Shown here: piece by piece, positions 26,261 to 40,323 of the stretch
How the letters are laid out: each line of letters opens with the position of its first letter
How positions within the stretch are numbered: position 1 is the first letter of the stretch
The notes under the pieces: generated by a model
What the model saw: the letters and a program-made list of their open reading frames with translations, nothing else
Databases searched by the model: none
What the model was told of the DNA's origin: nothing
Origin: the human T2T-CHM13v2.0 reference genome, Homo sapiens
Length of the DNA stretch: 64,000 nucleotides
Strand: one strand, 5' to 3'
Assembly: GCF_009914755.1 (NCBI RefSeq)
Contig: NC_060937.1
Made by a program: the position numbers and the translations under genes

Positions 26261-26838
26261 CCAAGGTAGATTCATTGGAAGGTTGAGTATAGAAGGGGAC
26301 CCCCGATCCTTATTTTCCTTTGGGGGCTTTCTGCTCTCAATTTTAAAATCAAACTTAAAACTGAGTGTCTGATGGCCAGTTAAAGAAACCATTTGTGTGG
26401 CCAGTGTTCTTAAGATTCAGATGACAGGCTTGCTGGGGAGAACTTAGCAAATCCTCCTGAGTCTTCAGGGTGCTGGGAATATTGCCTCTGTTTCAAACTG
26501 TTTTCCTTTCACGGAGAGCCTAGCCATCATAAGGGGCTGGAAGAAGTCCAGAGCAACTGAGGGTTTCCGGCTGGGGCTACACCCCAATGTTATCAGGCTG
26601 CTGGACTAACACTAGCCTCTGACTGCCCAATGGGCATTGGCAGTAGGATCTTCAATCTTTTTCTATTGCAACTTTCCTCCTTTTCTTTCCTGGACCGTCT
26701 TGCCTCCTGTCCCCTCTCTGTATGCAATGCTGTGGAAATTTTTGCAGTTCAGGAAAATAATCCTATTAGGCAAGATCAGCAAATGCCATAGTAACCAGGA
26801 ATATAGCTCAGGGGATTGGCATTTTTGTGATTTTCTAG

Positions 26839-27226
<388 letters not shown>

Positions 27227-27995
27227 AGAAAGCACATGGTATTTCAAGACTTACAGTACCATCTAGTGGAATAGGGATCCTCTCTATGATGCATTTTGTT
27301 GGCCCTTTGCCAAAATACTCTAGTTTTCCAATTATCCTCCTTTTTGCACCCCTCTACTATAGACCAGGCTCTATGCTCCTTCTGTCAATGGGAAAACTCA
27401 ACGATGAGGAGAAAAATATCTCCAAATCCAAATTTTAGACCCAACACTGTCCCATCAGCAGGAAAACTGCCATTTGGTCCCTATGTTCTTTCAAGGCATC
27501 TATTCTGCCTTATGGAATTAAAACAGTACTTAAAATAGTAAGGGGATTTTACATCCAGAAATTAACCAGAACCACTGTCTAAGAATACATGATTTAGTCA
27601 GGGCCAAAATAGCAGATTATAGAGCTCAACCCAGTACACTCTGTCCATTAAGAGACCTTGCCCAAATACAACTGTTACATAGTCTTTCCTGAGATTTATC
27701 TATTGGGGAGCCATGCAGATCACAAAAGCCTAGGAAGTCAAAGAGTAATCACCAACAGAGGCCTACAGGGGCATGTGAAAGTGTGACTAATGCCATCTCT
27801 TAGTTCCTCCAGATCCATGGCTGAGTGTCATGCCTGTATCCATGGGTGGCACCTTCAATGGATGCTGGGGCATATGAAACCAAAGAGGAAAAACAGTTGT
27901 GGGGGATGCTCCCACTGTCTTGTCCTCCACCCTGGGCCATTCCAAAGGAAATGAAGGAGACTAAAGGGACACCTTTTTCTCACTTCTCTTTCTAG

Positions 27996-29509
27996 ATGGG
28001 TAACAAACAATTTCAGCCTGTACTCCTCTGGATTGCATTCTAAAACACTGGTACTCCTTTGACCCTGAGACTTTGAAGAAAGAATAGCTCATTTTCTTTT
28101 GCACAAGGGTATGGCCTTCTTATTATCTTGAACCAAACTGGCCTGCAGAGGGAAGCCTTGATTTCCAACAATTTGATGTTTTCTGTAGACTTGAGGGCAA
28201 ATGGTCCAAGGTCCCTTATGTACAGGCTTTCTTTGCTCTGTGAGACAACCCAGAGCTTTGCAAGAATTACACAATTAACCCAACTCTTACAGCAGTCATA
28301 TCAGGCAGGCTCAAAGGGAATAACTCCCTAAAACTAGAGAAGCAACTTCCAGGAGAACCATCTGAGGCAGCTATTGAGTGTTACGGCTCTTCCTTTCCCC
28401 CTTATTCAGGGCCACCTTCAACCACATCATCAGCTCTCCCATCTCCACCATCTCCAAAACTCCTTCTCCCCCACCTTCACTCTTATCCTTACAGGAAATG
28501 CCTAGTGGAGGTGATACCACTAGGGTCCCAGTTCCCTTCTCATTGCAGGACCTTAGGCAAATAAAGGGAGATTTTGGCCAATTTTCTGATGACTCCATAG
28601 AAACATAGAAGTTTTCTATGAAGTTTTTGGAAACATAGAAGTTTTCTAAAATTTAACTCAGGTGTTTGCCTCACGTGGAGGGATGTTATGCTTCTCCTAA
28701 GCCAAATCTTAACTGCAGCTGAAAAACAGGCAGCTCTGCAGGCAGCAGAGAACTTTATATACAAGCAATATGTCTCCTATTGTAGTTCAAAAAGGAAAAG
28801 AGAATATAGGCAAGGCAAAGAAATAGGGGCATCACCATTCCCAATAGAAAGAGAGGCAGTACCTGTTGACAACCCTAATTGGAATCACAATGACTCTACA
28901 GATGAATGGCAAATGAAACACTTTTTGATCTGCATATTGGAGGGCCTATGAACAACTAGGGCCAAAACTTTTAATTACCCTAAATGGTCTATGATAGACC
29001 AAAAGCCAGATGAGAATCCCTCAGCCTTCATGGAAAGACTGAAAGAGGCAATAATAAAACATACTTCCTTATCCCCTGATTCCATCAAGGGACGGGTAAT
29101 CCTAAAGGGCAAGTTTATTACACAGGCACCTCCTGATATTAGAAAAAAACTGTAGAAGCAGGCTATAGAACCAGATAGCACCTTGAAAAACCTCCTAAGG
29201 GTAGCCACCTTGGTCTTTTATAATAGGGACCAGGAGGAGGCCCAGGAGAAAGAGAGGAAACACAAGAGAAGAACAAAGGCTCTCATAGCTGCTTTACAGG
29301 CTTGAAAAGTCCAGTATCCCAGAGGTGCATCCACTAGATGCTACCGGTGTGACAAGTCAGGGCACTTTAAGAAAGAGTGTGCAGGCAGTAAGAAGAAGCC
29401 ACTTCAACTCTGTCCAGCCTGTGGCAGGGACCACTGGAGATTGCATTGTCCCCAGAGATGGAGGTCACCAGGTTCAGAACCAGTCTCACAGATGATCCAA
29501 CAGGCCTGA
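27996..29509 (+). pseudogene. gag: ERV gag pseudogene (HERV-W/ERV9-like)
   Basis: ATGGGTAAC start; fragments CILKHW..FDPETLK and VPVPFSLQDLRQIKGDFGQFSDD; two CCHC knuckles CYRCDKSGHFKKEC (29339) and CPACGRDHWRLHC (29411) in frame with TGA at 29507; many stops and frameshifts. Confidence 0.9.
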
Positions 29510-32500
29510 TGGGTCCTAGGGCTCAAACCCCCGACGAGTGGCTCAAATTGTCATTACTGCACCAGGTGATTCTGGAAATTGAAGGAAGGGAGATAGACCT
29601 CTTTCTGGACACTGGAGCTAGTCTCTCTCTTCTCCTCTGTAATCCAGTCCTTCCCTCTTCCTGTAGTATGACAATGATGGGCATCTCAGAAAAGATTCTA
29701 ACCTAATATTTATCTCAACCTCTTAGTTGTAGTTGGGGGAACCTATTATTTACATATGATTTCTTAATCATGCCTGAAAGTCCCACTCCTTTATTAGGTG
29801 GAGACATTTTAGCTCGCATGGGGGGCAAGAATCCTTATAGCCCCAGGACAAACTCTTTGTCTCCCCCTGATGGAAGCTAATATTAATCCAGAAGTGTGGG
29901 CAACTCAAGAAAAACAGGTCCAGCTACAACCTTTAGGCTGGTCTGGATCTACCTTAAGGATCCCACTTCTTTTCCTAACCAGAGACAATATTTCCTAAAG
30001 CCAGAGGCTAGAAAAGGGCTAGAAGCCATTATTAATAACTGAAACTACAGGGCCTTCTCAAACCCTGAAACAGCCTCTGCAACACTCCAATATTAGGAGC
30101 ACAAAAACCTAATGGAGGAATGGAGACTGGTTCAGGACCTCTGCCTCATTAATAAAACTGTAGTTCCAATTGACCAGTGGTACATAATCCCTACATGTTG
30201 CTAACCCAAATACTTGAGAGAACTAAATAGTTCATGTCCTAGATCTAAAAGATGCCTTTTTCTGTATACCATTACATCCTGACTCTCAATACCTGTTTAC
30301 CTTTGAAGATCCCTCTGGCCAAACTCTCCAGTTAACAGAGATGGTGCTGCCTCACTTGTTTGGACAGGCATTGTCAAAGGACCTCTCTGAGTTTTCCCAT
30401 CCTCAGGCCAAGGTCTGGCAATATATAGATAACATACTGCTCTGTGCTTCAACTGAGAAAGCTTCTCAGGAAGGCTCCAAAGCTCTTCTTAATTTCTTAG
30501 CTGATAGACGATATAAGGTGTCAAAATCCCAGGCCCAGCTTTGTCAAACCTCTACGAAGTACCTGGGTTTAGTGTTGTCTGAAGGGACTAGAACATTAGT
30601 AGAAAAAAAGCATTAAGCCTATTTTTTCCTTCCCCCAATCTAAAACCCTCAAGCCACTAAGAGGATTTTTGGGCATTACAAAATTTTGCAGACTAGGATA
30701 CCTGGCTACGATGAGATAGCTTCCCCCTATGTCAACTCATAAAAGAAACTCAGGTGGCTAAAACTCATTTCCAAACTTGGGAACCTGAAGCTCAAAAGGC
30801 TTTTACTTAGCTAAAATAAGCCTTACTTAAGGCACTGGCCCTCAGCCTTCTCATAGGGAATGCCTTCAATCTTTATGTATCAGAAAGTAAGGGAATGGCT
30901 CTGGGAGTTTTATCTCAAGCCCAAGGACCAGCTCAACAGACAGTGGGCTACCTGCATAAAGAACTTGATTTAATGGCTAAAAGATGGCCAGTATGCTTCT
31001 GATCCATTGCTGTAGTGGCCCTACTGTTGCTAGAAGCCACCAAATTAACCCTGGGAAATGGCTCAAGTGTTTATACCCCACATAATGTAGCAGGATTGCT
31101 GTCTTCCAGGGGGAGATTTGGCTAACAGTTGGCTCCTTAAATATCAGGCTCTGCTGTTAGAAGAGTCTACAATCCAATTAAAAACTTGTTCTCACTTAAA
31201 CCCAGCCACTTTCCTCCATGAGGAAACTGGGGAACCTGAACATGACTGTAAACAAGTTGTGGTACAGACCTATGCAGCCAGGGAGGATCTCAGGAATACT
31301 CCCCTATAAGATCCAGACTGGACCCTCTTCACAGATGGAAGTTTCTTTGTGGAGCAAGGAGTCTGTAAGGCAGGAAAATCAGTAGTCACTCTGAACGATG
31401 TTATTGAAAGTGCATCTGTCTCTCCAGGCACAAGCACTCAACTAGCTGAACTGATGGATCTTACAAGAGCACTTGAATTAAGCAAGGGAAAGGTAGTTAA
31501 CATTTACACTGACTCCAAGTATGCTTTCTCAGTTCTTCATGCTGCCATTTGGAAGGAAAGATATTTTCTTACTGCTAATGGATCACCTATAAAATACCAC
31601 CAGGAAATTAACAGGTTATTATCCTCAATTTTCCTTTCATAAGAGGTAGCAATGCTGCATTGTAGCAAGGGACATCAGAAGGGAAAAGACGAAATAGCTA
31701 AAGGAAACAAGTTAACTGATAAGCCAGTCTAGTCAGTGGCAAGAAAGCCTCAGGGCTTCACCACACTTGAAGCCCCTGTAATGTGGGAAGACTCAATAAA
31801 TTAAGCCTCAATGCTCCCCTAAATAGATAGAATGGGTCGTCTCTCAAGGGTATACTTCCCAGCCATCAGGGTGGGAAACTCCACTTGCCAGCCTCCAGCC
31901 AATGGAAATTCCTTAATATCCTTTACCAAACTTTTCACTTGGGAAGAGATAAAACTTAACAGTGTGACCTAAGATTGTTTTCAGGTGAGAACTTATTGAA
32001 AACAGTCAAGCAGGTTGTTCATGCTTATGAAGTGTGTCTTAAAAATAATCCCCTTAACAGGCAGCTCCTTCCTCCTCAACTCAAAGGATGGGAAGCTATT
32101 CAGAGGAAGTCTGGCAGATAAACTTCACCCATATGCCAAAAATGAAGAGAATCCAATATTTCTTGGTATAGGGAGATATTTTCACTAACTGGAAAGAAGC
32201 ATTTACATGCCGTACAGAAAAGGCCTCTGAGGTAATAAAAGTGTTAGTTAATGAAATCATTTCCCTCTTTGGTCTTCCTAAGTACCTCCAAAGTGACAAA
32301 GGCCTCTCATTTAAGGCAGCTACCACACAGGGGGTTTAAAAACACTAGGATTACAGTGTCATCTCCATTGTGTTGGAGACCGCAGTCCTCAGGAAAAGTG
32401 GAGAAGACAAATGATATTATCAAGAGACACCTTAGAAAACTGTCTCAAGTGACTCACCTTCCTTGAGTCACTCTTCTCCCCTTGGCTTTACTGTGGGTAA

Positions 32501-32917
32501 GAAATACCCTTTTGAAGGTAAATCTGAGCCTTTTTGAAATGCTGTATGGATGGCCTTTCCTTACCTTTTCCTATTGGATCAGAAAACCTCTGAACTGGTT
32601 AAACATATAATCTCTCTGGCTCACTTCCAACAGGAATTAACACAATTAACATAAGCCCAACCCCAAGAAATAGGACCACCTTTAATCCAGGAGATTTGGT
32701 ATTTGTAAAAGCTCACTCTTCTCTCTCTCTTTCCCTAAGCCTAAGCTGGGAAGGGCTTTACACTGTTGTTCTTTCAACCACCTTGGTGGTAAAAGTTACA
32801 GGAATGGACTCCTGGAAAGCTGAGGGAGCAACTCTTAACAGCCTAGTAGAATGTTCCAGATATCAATGTGAAGAAATAAAAGATCTTAAGCTGAAAATCA
32901 TAAAAAAAAATAAGTAA
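29510..32917 (+). pseudogene. pol: ERV pro-pol pseudogene (protease, RT, RNase H, integrase)
   Basis: LFLDTGAS protease motif, PESPTPLLG, LDLKDAFFCIPL, QYIDNILL (YxDD degenerate, 30422-30433), WTLFTDGS and VNIYTDSKYAF (RNase H), WQINFTHMP and WRPQSSGKVEKTN (integrase), W-GLYTVVLSTT C-terminus. Confidence 0.92.
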
Positions 32918-33136
32918 ATGAATGAGGGCTACTCCTCCTACTCAATCCCACCCCTAACTCACCAGATACATTCAGTCATTTCTACTTCTCCTCTCAAGAT
33001 TTGGCATCAGATATTACAACTTCTTTTTAATGCATACTTTCAGGGAGACTTTGATTATCCTTGGAATTACAGTTGTAACTTCATAGACCCCAAAGGGAAA
33101 TTCTATATCTTGGAGAGTAAAATTTAGATCAAAATT

Positions 33137-33306
33137 ATGGATTATGTCACACTTGCAGGATTGCTATACTCACTCTGCTATTTGCAGTAGGACTATATAG
33201 TGTGGCACCTGCAGTGTAAAATTCTGGATGGAAAATTCTAATTGTTGTAATATTCTGCCTAATTACCACCTGAATAGTATAATTAATAATTATAGGAAAG
33301 ATTTAA
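33137..33306 (+). pseudogene. Decayed small hydrophobic (two-helix) ORF between pol and env
   Basis: With one frameshift it reads MDYVTLAG/IAILTLLFAVGLYSVAPAV*NSGWKILIVVIFCLITT*IV*LIIIGKI*. Confidence 0.45.
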
Positions 33307-33359
33307 GCAAAGTTAACCCTAAAGTTACTCTAGCCACCCAATCCAATGCCACTTATCCT

Positions 33360-33690
33360 TAAAAAAGTTGCTTCTATATTAACGTTTCTGAGAAAGTACT
33401 GCGACATCTGGTGGATGGAAACCAGTATTACAATCCATGAGAATGGCTAACACGCATTGAACAAACTCTACTGTCATGGTTATGGCCTATAGTATCCCTA
33501 CTAATAATGGTAATCTCAATACTCATATTCGAATCCTATATTCTAAACCTTCTTGTAAAATTTCTCTTCTCACCTAGAAGCTATTAAACTCCAAACGGTG
33601 CTGGCAGATGGAACCAAGCATGGACATGCCCTCCTTCCAAGGACCCTTCGATTGACCCCAGGAGGAGCCCTGGCTGCTGTTCCCCACATG
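33360..33690 (+). pseudogene. env: env remnant: end of TM ectodomain, transmembrane helix and cytoplasmic tail only
   Basis: CFYINVSEKV (33369), LLSWLWPIVSLLIMVISILIFESYILNLLVKF (33468 on), then across frameshifts SSHLEAIKLQTVL/QMEP..FQGPFD, resembling the HERV-W Env C-terminus. Confidence 0.8.
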
Positions 33691-33777
33691 ACACCCCTCT
33701 TCAGCAGGGAGTAGTCAGAAAGAGTTCATCCAACACCCCCTAATAGCAGTTGGGATTTCAACTCCTTAGGGGGAAGA

Positions 33778-34649
33778 TGATACAGGAGGTAGAAATAAGT
33801 TATTTAGGCAGGTAGTGAGGGGAACAGAGTCCTCAGCAGAGCTTCCCTTCTAACAAAAAGCAGTCTTCAAAATCATTTCTTTTCTAGCCTGGAAAATCAA
33901 GCTGCAAATATAGATAAGCACGCTGGAAGCTTGCATGGATGAATGCCAGCAGCTGCACCAATAGAAAAGGGCTATTTAGGGGCCAGGCATGTCCAACATG
34001 GAGGCTCCATCTTTCCTTTTTTTGTCACCACGTGTACAGGAACAAAGGAATGGGCAACATGGTGCAGCTCAGGCAGAGAAGCCGCCTGCATAATAAAAGT
34101 TTAGGGTGGAGGTGGCCAGAAATTCATGCCCTATGCAAATGACACACCTAGTCCCAACTAGTTTTTTGCACCCCACACAAATGGCACACCTAGTCCAACT
34201 AGTCTTTTGCACCCTATGTAAATCAGACATTACCTCCATACCAGCTCATCTGTAAAGCTCCCTGCATTCCACTGCAGATTCAGCAACTCACTTCTCCGGG
34301 ACCCCTCTTTGCAGCAGAGAGTCCTTCTCTTTCTTTCACCTATTGAACTTCCACTTTTTTTTTCTTTTTTTATTTTATTTTATTATTATTATACTTTAAG
34401 TTTTAGGGTACATGTGCACATGTGCAGGTTAGTTACATATGTATACATGTGCCATGCTGGTGTGCTGCACCCATTAACTCGTCATTTAGCATTAGGTATA
34501 TCTCCTAAAGCTATCCTTCCGCCCTCCCCCGACTCCACAACAGTCCCCAGAGCACTCTTAACCTCACTCTGTGTGTGTCTACATCCTTGTTCTTCGTGGC
34601 TGTGAGACCATGAACCTCAGGTGATACTCTATGCAACAATGCTGTTTCA
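33778..34649 (+). mobile_element. 3' LTR (LTR9B-like), interrupted by an L1 tail
   Basis: Preceded by PPT AGGGGGAAGA; same termini as the 5' LTR; ATGCAAAT at 34133. Confidence 0.9.
34359..34552 (-). mobile_element. 5'-truncated young L1 3' end (L1PA3-like) inside the 3' LTR
   Basis: TTATACTTTAAGTTTTAGGGTACATGTGCAC...CCCCAGAG; TSD cact(t/c)tt; TCTT/AA endonuclease site; absent from the 5' LTR. Confidence 0.92.
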
Positions 34650-35639
34650 ATATTACTCAAAATGATGATTTAAAAATACTGAGAAATTACAATATAAATA
34701 ATTTGACAAAGATTGCATAGGTAACCAGGATTAGAACTTATAAGTGCCTCACAAGTCCTTTGTCTTACATCACACTGGTTTCCAAATAGTACAGATGACT
34801 AATCGCATTTGTATCTTTATATCAGGAATCAAATTTAATAGCAATTTTACAACCTCAATGCTTTTCATTAAGTTTGGGGTAAAAAGAAAAAAGAGTTCTC
34901 ATATCATAATCCTTAATTAAGATAGGCAATAACACATTTTCTGATACTTAAAATTGATTATTTCTGTGAGTAGACATTAATCCATATAAATTTATGGGGT
35001 ATATTAAATTCTATCTATATAATCATTATATTAATATTTTAATAAAATAACATAGACTCAAAAAACAAACCAAATATATTGAGTTACATTTTCCATATTA
35101 TCAGTTTGGCATCTTCATAACCTTCAATATTTTAAATAAATTGTATAAATAATAAAGATTTTGTATATAATTTTAGCATTTTGACTGATAAATTATAAGC
35201 TTCATAAGCTACATAATGTCCATGTAGCCCCAGTGTTTACATTGAATAGAAAGTAGATAAGTAACTATTGAATGAATAAATATGGTCTAAAAGTTAATTT
35301 ATTAGTATTATTAAAATTTAATGGTAGCTGAACATGTTACTTAAAGCCAACAAATTCCTGGTTCATTTCATAAGGCTTAAAAAGGTGAATGAATGTTTAA
35401 AATTATATGCTGCACCTTTTCCTAATGCTGCTTTGTAGACTAAGTAGAAACATTTTCTGTAATTATTTCAGGGCAAAATAATTTAAGAGGATTAGGAGGT
35501 TAGATAAAATTAAACGTATTCTGAAATACCCTCTCTGAAATAAACTAATTGCCTTTATGTGTCAAGTATTATAAATGAAAGCTATTAAAGGCTTAAGCCC
35601 CTTCTTTCATTTGCTTTAAATGAGCTTAACCATCTATAT

Positions 35640-36140
35640 GCAAAACCTTCCATTGACTTCCCAGAATACTTAGGAAAAAAGAACTCAAATATTTCATTAT
35701 GACTATCAAGATTCTAAATAAATATCACTACCATTCTTGCTTTGTTTGCAACATTCTCCCTACTCTCTTACATCACCCTGGTGTAAATAGACTTCAATTT
35801 TTCTGTGCCTTGAATTTTCACAATTAATGTTGCCTTAGGACCCTTGAATTTTTGTTTTATAAACCTAGAATTATCTTCTCAAAAGAATTCCATGTACCTT
35901 GCTCCTTTATATATGACAATACTCTTCTGGGAGGATTTCTTGATCCACTCTTGGCAAAAGTGGCCCCCTTTCTCCCAAATTTATCTGCATTTGCCTTTAT
36001 ATATTTTTAAATAAAACATAAGCACTCTCAAAGAAGGTATTACTCAAAAGTCTTTTATGTAAGTTTATTTAGTTATTCTGCATCTATAGAGACAAGGAAA
36101 AGTAGTGAGTATGTAACATAAATGACTTTTGTGAATTCGT
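35640..36140 (+). mobile_element. L2 fragment
   Basis: AAAACCTTCCATTGACTTCCC..TTGCCTTAGGACCCTTG degenerate L2 3' region. Confidence 0.5.
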
Positions 36141-37439
36141 ATTTTGGGGAGGGGTTCAAACTATTACAGTAGAGTTCTTATAGTTAATGGCATGTGCTTC
36201 CTGAGAATGTTTTCAAGTCTGTCTATAAATGTTGCTTGTGATTTAAGGTGGGTAGATGAACCAAAATCAAGTTTAAAGTGTCTACATGTTATCATTTATC
36301 TTATAATTATCAGTACCACAATGACAGTACCTATTTTAATATTCTACATTGTGAATGACAGCATTATGGCCATATGTATTAAAATATTTTCTATATGTTA
36401 AATCGGGAACATAGCCAAAATCTGTTACACTGTTTCCCTATTCAAAACAACACACTGACAGTCAAACTTTTTCTATATTTATCTTGTTTGATAATTGGGA
36501 ACAGCATTATTCCTAAGAATTGCTTTCAGCCCCTCAGATGTTAAAATCAGATGTAAGGAAACAAAGTTCAAAGCCACTATTTTTTACTTGACTGATAAGA
36601 TTTAGTTTTTTGATTCAAATTATACTTATGTGCATAAAATATATAGTAGATATCTACATATAACCTTTTATATTACTAACATATTAAATTAGATTTAAAA
36701 TCTTAAGTTATCTTGTGGGTTGTTATATGTTTAAGAAAGACTCTAGAGCATATCTAAATGTTGAGCTTTAGTTAAATCTATGTTCTTACCCAGGGAACAT
36801 CCCTTCTCTAATAAGTAAGTGTATTTCAGACATACCATTAAAATAGGTAATAATTAATAGGACACTGTAAATGATTTAGCAAGTGGCAAATATAAGGAAG
36901 CTTAACAGGATTTAATTGTACAAATCTAAAACCCCCCATAATGTTCCTTAATGACTTTCCAGTAATTGTGCTAAATGACTAATTTAGTGTTAGCTATCTT
37001 TCAAATTACATTCAGGTGTGAAAACATGTGAACGTTTACTACCTTTAAAGTTCTCCCTGGGATTTAGCGTTAGGTCCATTTATTTATTTCTTAAAAATAT
37101 TATCATTGTACCTCCTCATAACATTTCCTTGCTTTCAAAATTATTGAACCAAAGTATAAAAGATCAAACTACAATCTTATTTTCTGCTAAATTTCACATG
37201 AAGTACTGGAGGAAATTTTTAGAACTCCATATAAATTTGTAGTGTTTTAATTTATACCTATGGGGTATAATTATTTTTATAGTATAAATTCATAAAAATT
37301 ATACTTTTTAGCACCTAAAGTGCAATCATATTGAGTTCTAAAGAGTTACAGTAATCAAATATATATGTGTAAGTGGATTTGTGTGTATTAATATGTGTGT
37401 ATACATATATGTAAAACAAATATGCAAGCACACACACAC

Positions 37440-38330
37440 ATTTAGTTTTGCATATTTCAAAGTACGTAAACATTTTATTTCACTACTCTATCTATATAAT
37501 CATCTGCAATTTATGGTTTTTGACTTAAGTTATTTGTGAGATTTATCCAAGTTCATACATGCAACAGCAGGTTTTTTTTTCACTTTAACTGTATGTTGTG
37601 TTATTATGTTTTGCTACTAAAACCAGTGGTGCAATCCACATTCTTATCTATCATCTCCTTGTACATGTATGTGAGATGTACAAAATGACACAAGATGTTT
37701 TTCTGAGATATCTATTCTGGAGTGGAATTCTCGGGAAAAAAGGTATGTCCATCTTCATCTTTCCTAAGTGTTGCCAAATTGCTCTCCTGTAAGATGTATC
37801 AATTTATAGCCCAATTTACACCATCAAGTTTCAACTTTTCACACCCTCACCAGGTCTGGTAGTATCCTTTCTTCCTTCTTTCCTTCCTTCCTTCTTTTCT
37901 AAGTCCCTCCCTTCTTTTTTCTTTTTCTGTCTTGCTTCTTCCTTTATTAAATCTTACTCTTCTAGAGAATGTGAAAATATATCTCATTGCAGGTTTTCTT
38001 ATTCCTTTATCTGTAGTAACTTAAAATATTTGCTCAGTGTTTTCTACTTTTTCTGCTCTGTAAATTTCCTATTCACATCTTTTGTCCCATGTCATAATGA
38101 ATTTTAATTGATTTTGTATGGATTTGTAGAAGTTACTTTTTCTATTTTGTATATGACATCTTTTTCCATTGTATGTCTTTTCCTAAATATCAGCTTATCA
38201 TATTACATGTGTTCTATCTATTTTCACATAAAGATTTTCATTTTAATTTTGTAAGATGTATTCATCATTTGAACAAATCTGCGTTTTATCTTGTTTTGGT
38301 AGATTTTTCAATCCTTGATGTCTGTAGGAA
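37440..38330 (-). mobile_element. Old L1ME fragment with CT-rich simple repeat (~37866-37945)
   Basis: GAGTGGAATT..TTGCCAAATTGCTCTCC antisense L1ME motif. Confidence 0.6.
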
Positions 38331-39155
38331 GTCTCTGTATTAGAAATACAGTTGTCATGTATTTATATCAGAGTATCATGTATTTATATCGTAAACATCA
38401 GAGGTCCTGAGCCCACAAGATTTTTGTAACAAAAAGTCTCAGAATCTAACTTATTAAAATCTTCATTATAAATTACTGTTTACTTGAAAGGAAAATGTTA
38501 AAGCTTTATTTTAAATAGTAGCTATAGGAGTGGATAATTTGATACTATTATATGTATTTTCCTGTAAGTACGTAATTCATATTGGAGAAGAAATATATGC
38601 CAGTTAAGTATATTTTAACTACCAAAGCCTAAGGGCTTTGTTGAAACATTACACTTTATTAGCAAATGTTCATATTTGAAATATTTATCAATTGATCAAA
38701 TCCTATTTGAGTATTTTTTTCTGTTAAGGATTAAACTAAGAACAAATAAAAAAATTTTCACTCCTAGTATGTGGAATTTATTGAAATAAATTAAATATTC
38801 ATGGATAATAATATATTTAATGAGGAAAAACACAGAAATAATTTATCATGTAAAAACTATAAAGTTTACACTCTTTATGACCTTATTCTCATTTGCAGAT
38901 GATTTCTAAAACAGTAAGTATATTCATTTTTATCAGCTACAGTTGTAAGACACAAAATAAGATTGGAAAGTTTAGAATTCTCAATAAAATGTTCACTGAA
39001 GTAAGCATTAGGAATATATATTTCTAAAAGTTCAATGCATATATTTTGAGGTACGTGCTTAACATTCATTATTTATTTCTATGCATATAAATGGTATTTG
39101 TGTGGATGTGTGTTTCCATTGAGTTACTTAGAAAAAAAGTCTAAGAACACCAGAA

Positions 39156-39434
39156 GGCCAGGTGCAGTGGCTCACACCTGTAATCCAGGAACTTTGGGAG
39201 GCCGAAGTGGGCGGATCACAAGGTCAGGATATTGGGACCATCTTGGCCAACATAGTGAAACCCCGTCTCTACTAAAAAATACCAAAAATTAGCTGGGCAT
39301 GTTGGCCTGCGCCTGTAATCCCAGCTACTCGGGAGGCTGAGGCAGCAGAATTGCTTGAATCAAGGAGTTGGAGGTTGCAGTGAGCAGAAATTGTGCCACT
39401 GCACTGCAGCCCAGCCTGGTGACAGATCAAGATT
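39156..39434 (+). mobile_element. AluSc-like, lacking poly(A) tail
   Basis: Dimer body ends at GACAGATCAAGATT with no A tail or TSD. Confidence 0.88.
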
Positions 39435-40038
39435 GTACCTTAATGAAAACAATCTTGTTTTAGTGGTTCAATATTTGTTTTCTTGGTTAAGGATTTAGTC
39501 TTAAGAATAATCAATATTCAAAGGCCAAGAAGGAAATGCAATGTTTAAAATGCGAATAAAATAATGGCTAATTGCGAGACTGTTTGACTCCTAAATGTGT
39601 TTATTTAAATACCTATTTATTTAATTGTATCCGTAGTAAACGTTATTGAAATTTAGGACCAAAAGCAAAAAATATTGATTAATCTTAATCTTTGTTATTA
39701 TCAGTGCGTAAATGTGTGTGTACATGAGTCTTCTATTTTGATTATTTATTATTGTAATTCATTCTTACATTTCTTTTTCAAAGTGATGAACATCTGCTAA
39801 TCTACTCTCTAATACAGGAACTAGTAACTTAAAGGTACCTGTGCACCACTCCCCTGGACTGCCTAATGCATCCTTCTTGGTGGCAAGTACTATCTTGTAT
39901 TTAATATTTATCACGTCCTTTTTACACTTCTCAACAGTCTTATCACATATGTATGCATGCATATATAATACCTTAGGTAAATATACTTTGAACTACAGAC
40001 ATGCAATATGATACAATATATAATCATCCATAAGTTGA

Positions 40039-40323
<285 letters not shown>

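Noticed and set aside
28600-28648. 19-bp direct repeat in gag, and similar short repeats at ~12702, ~46438 and ~60728
   Set aside because: Two-copy slippage duplications, not arrays; nothing CRISPR-like in this eukaryotic DNA.
28080-33220. APOBEC3 hypermutation (several Trp-to-stop changes in the ERV)
   Set aside because: Too few sites; ordinary transitions over the element's age explain them without a consensus-based test.
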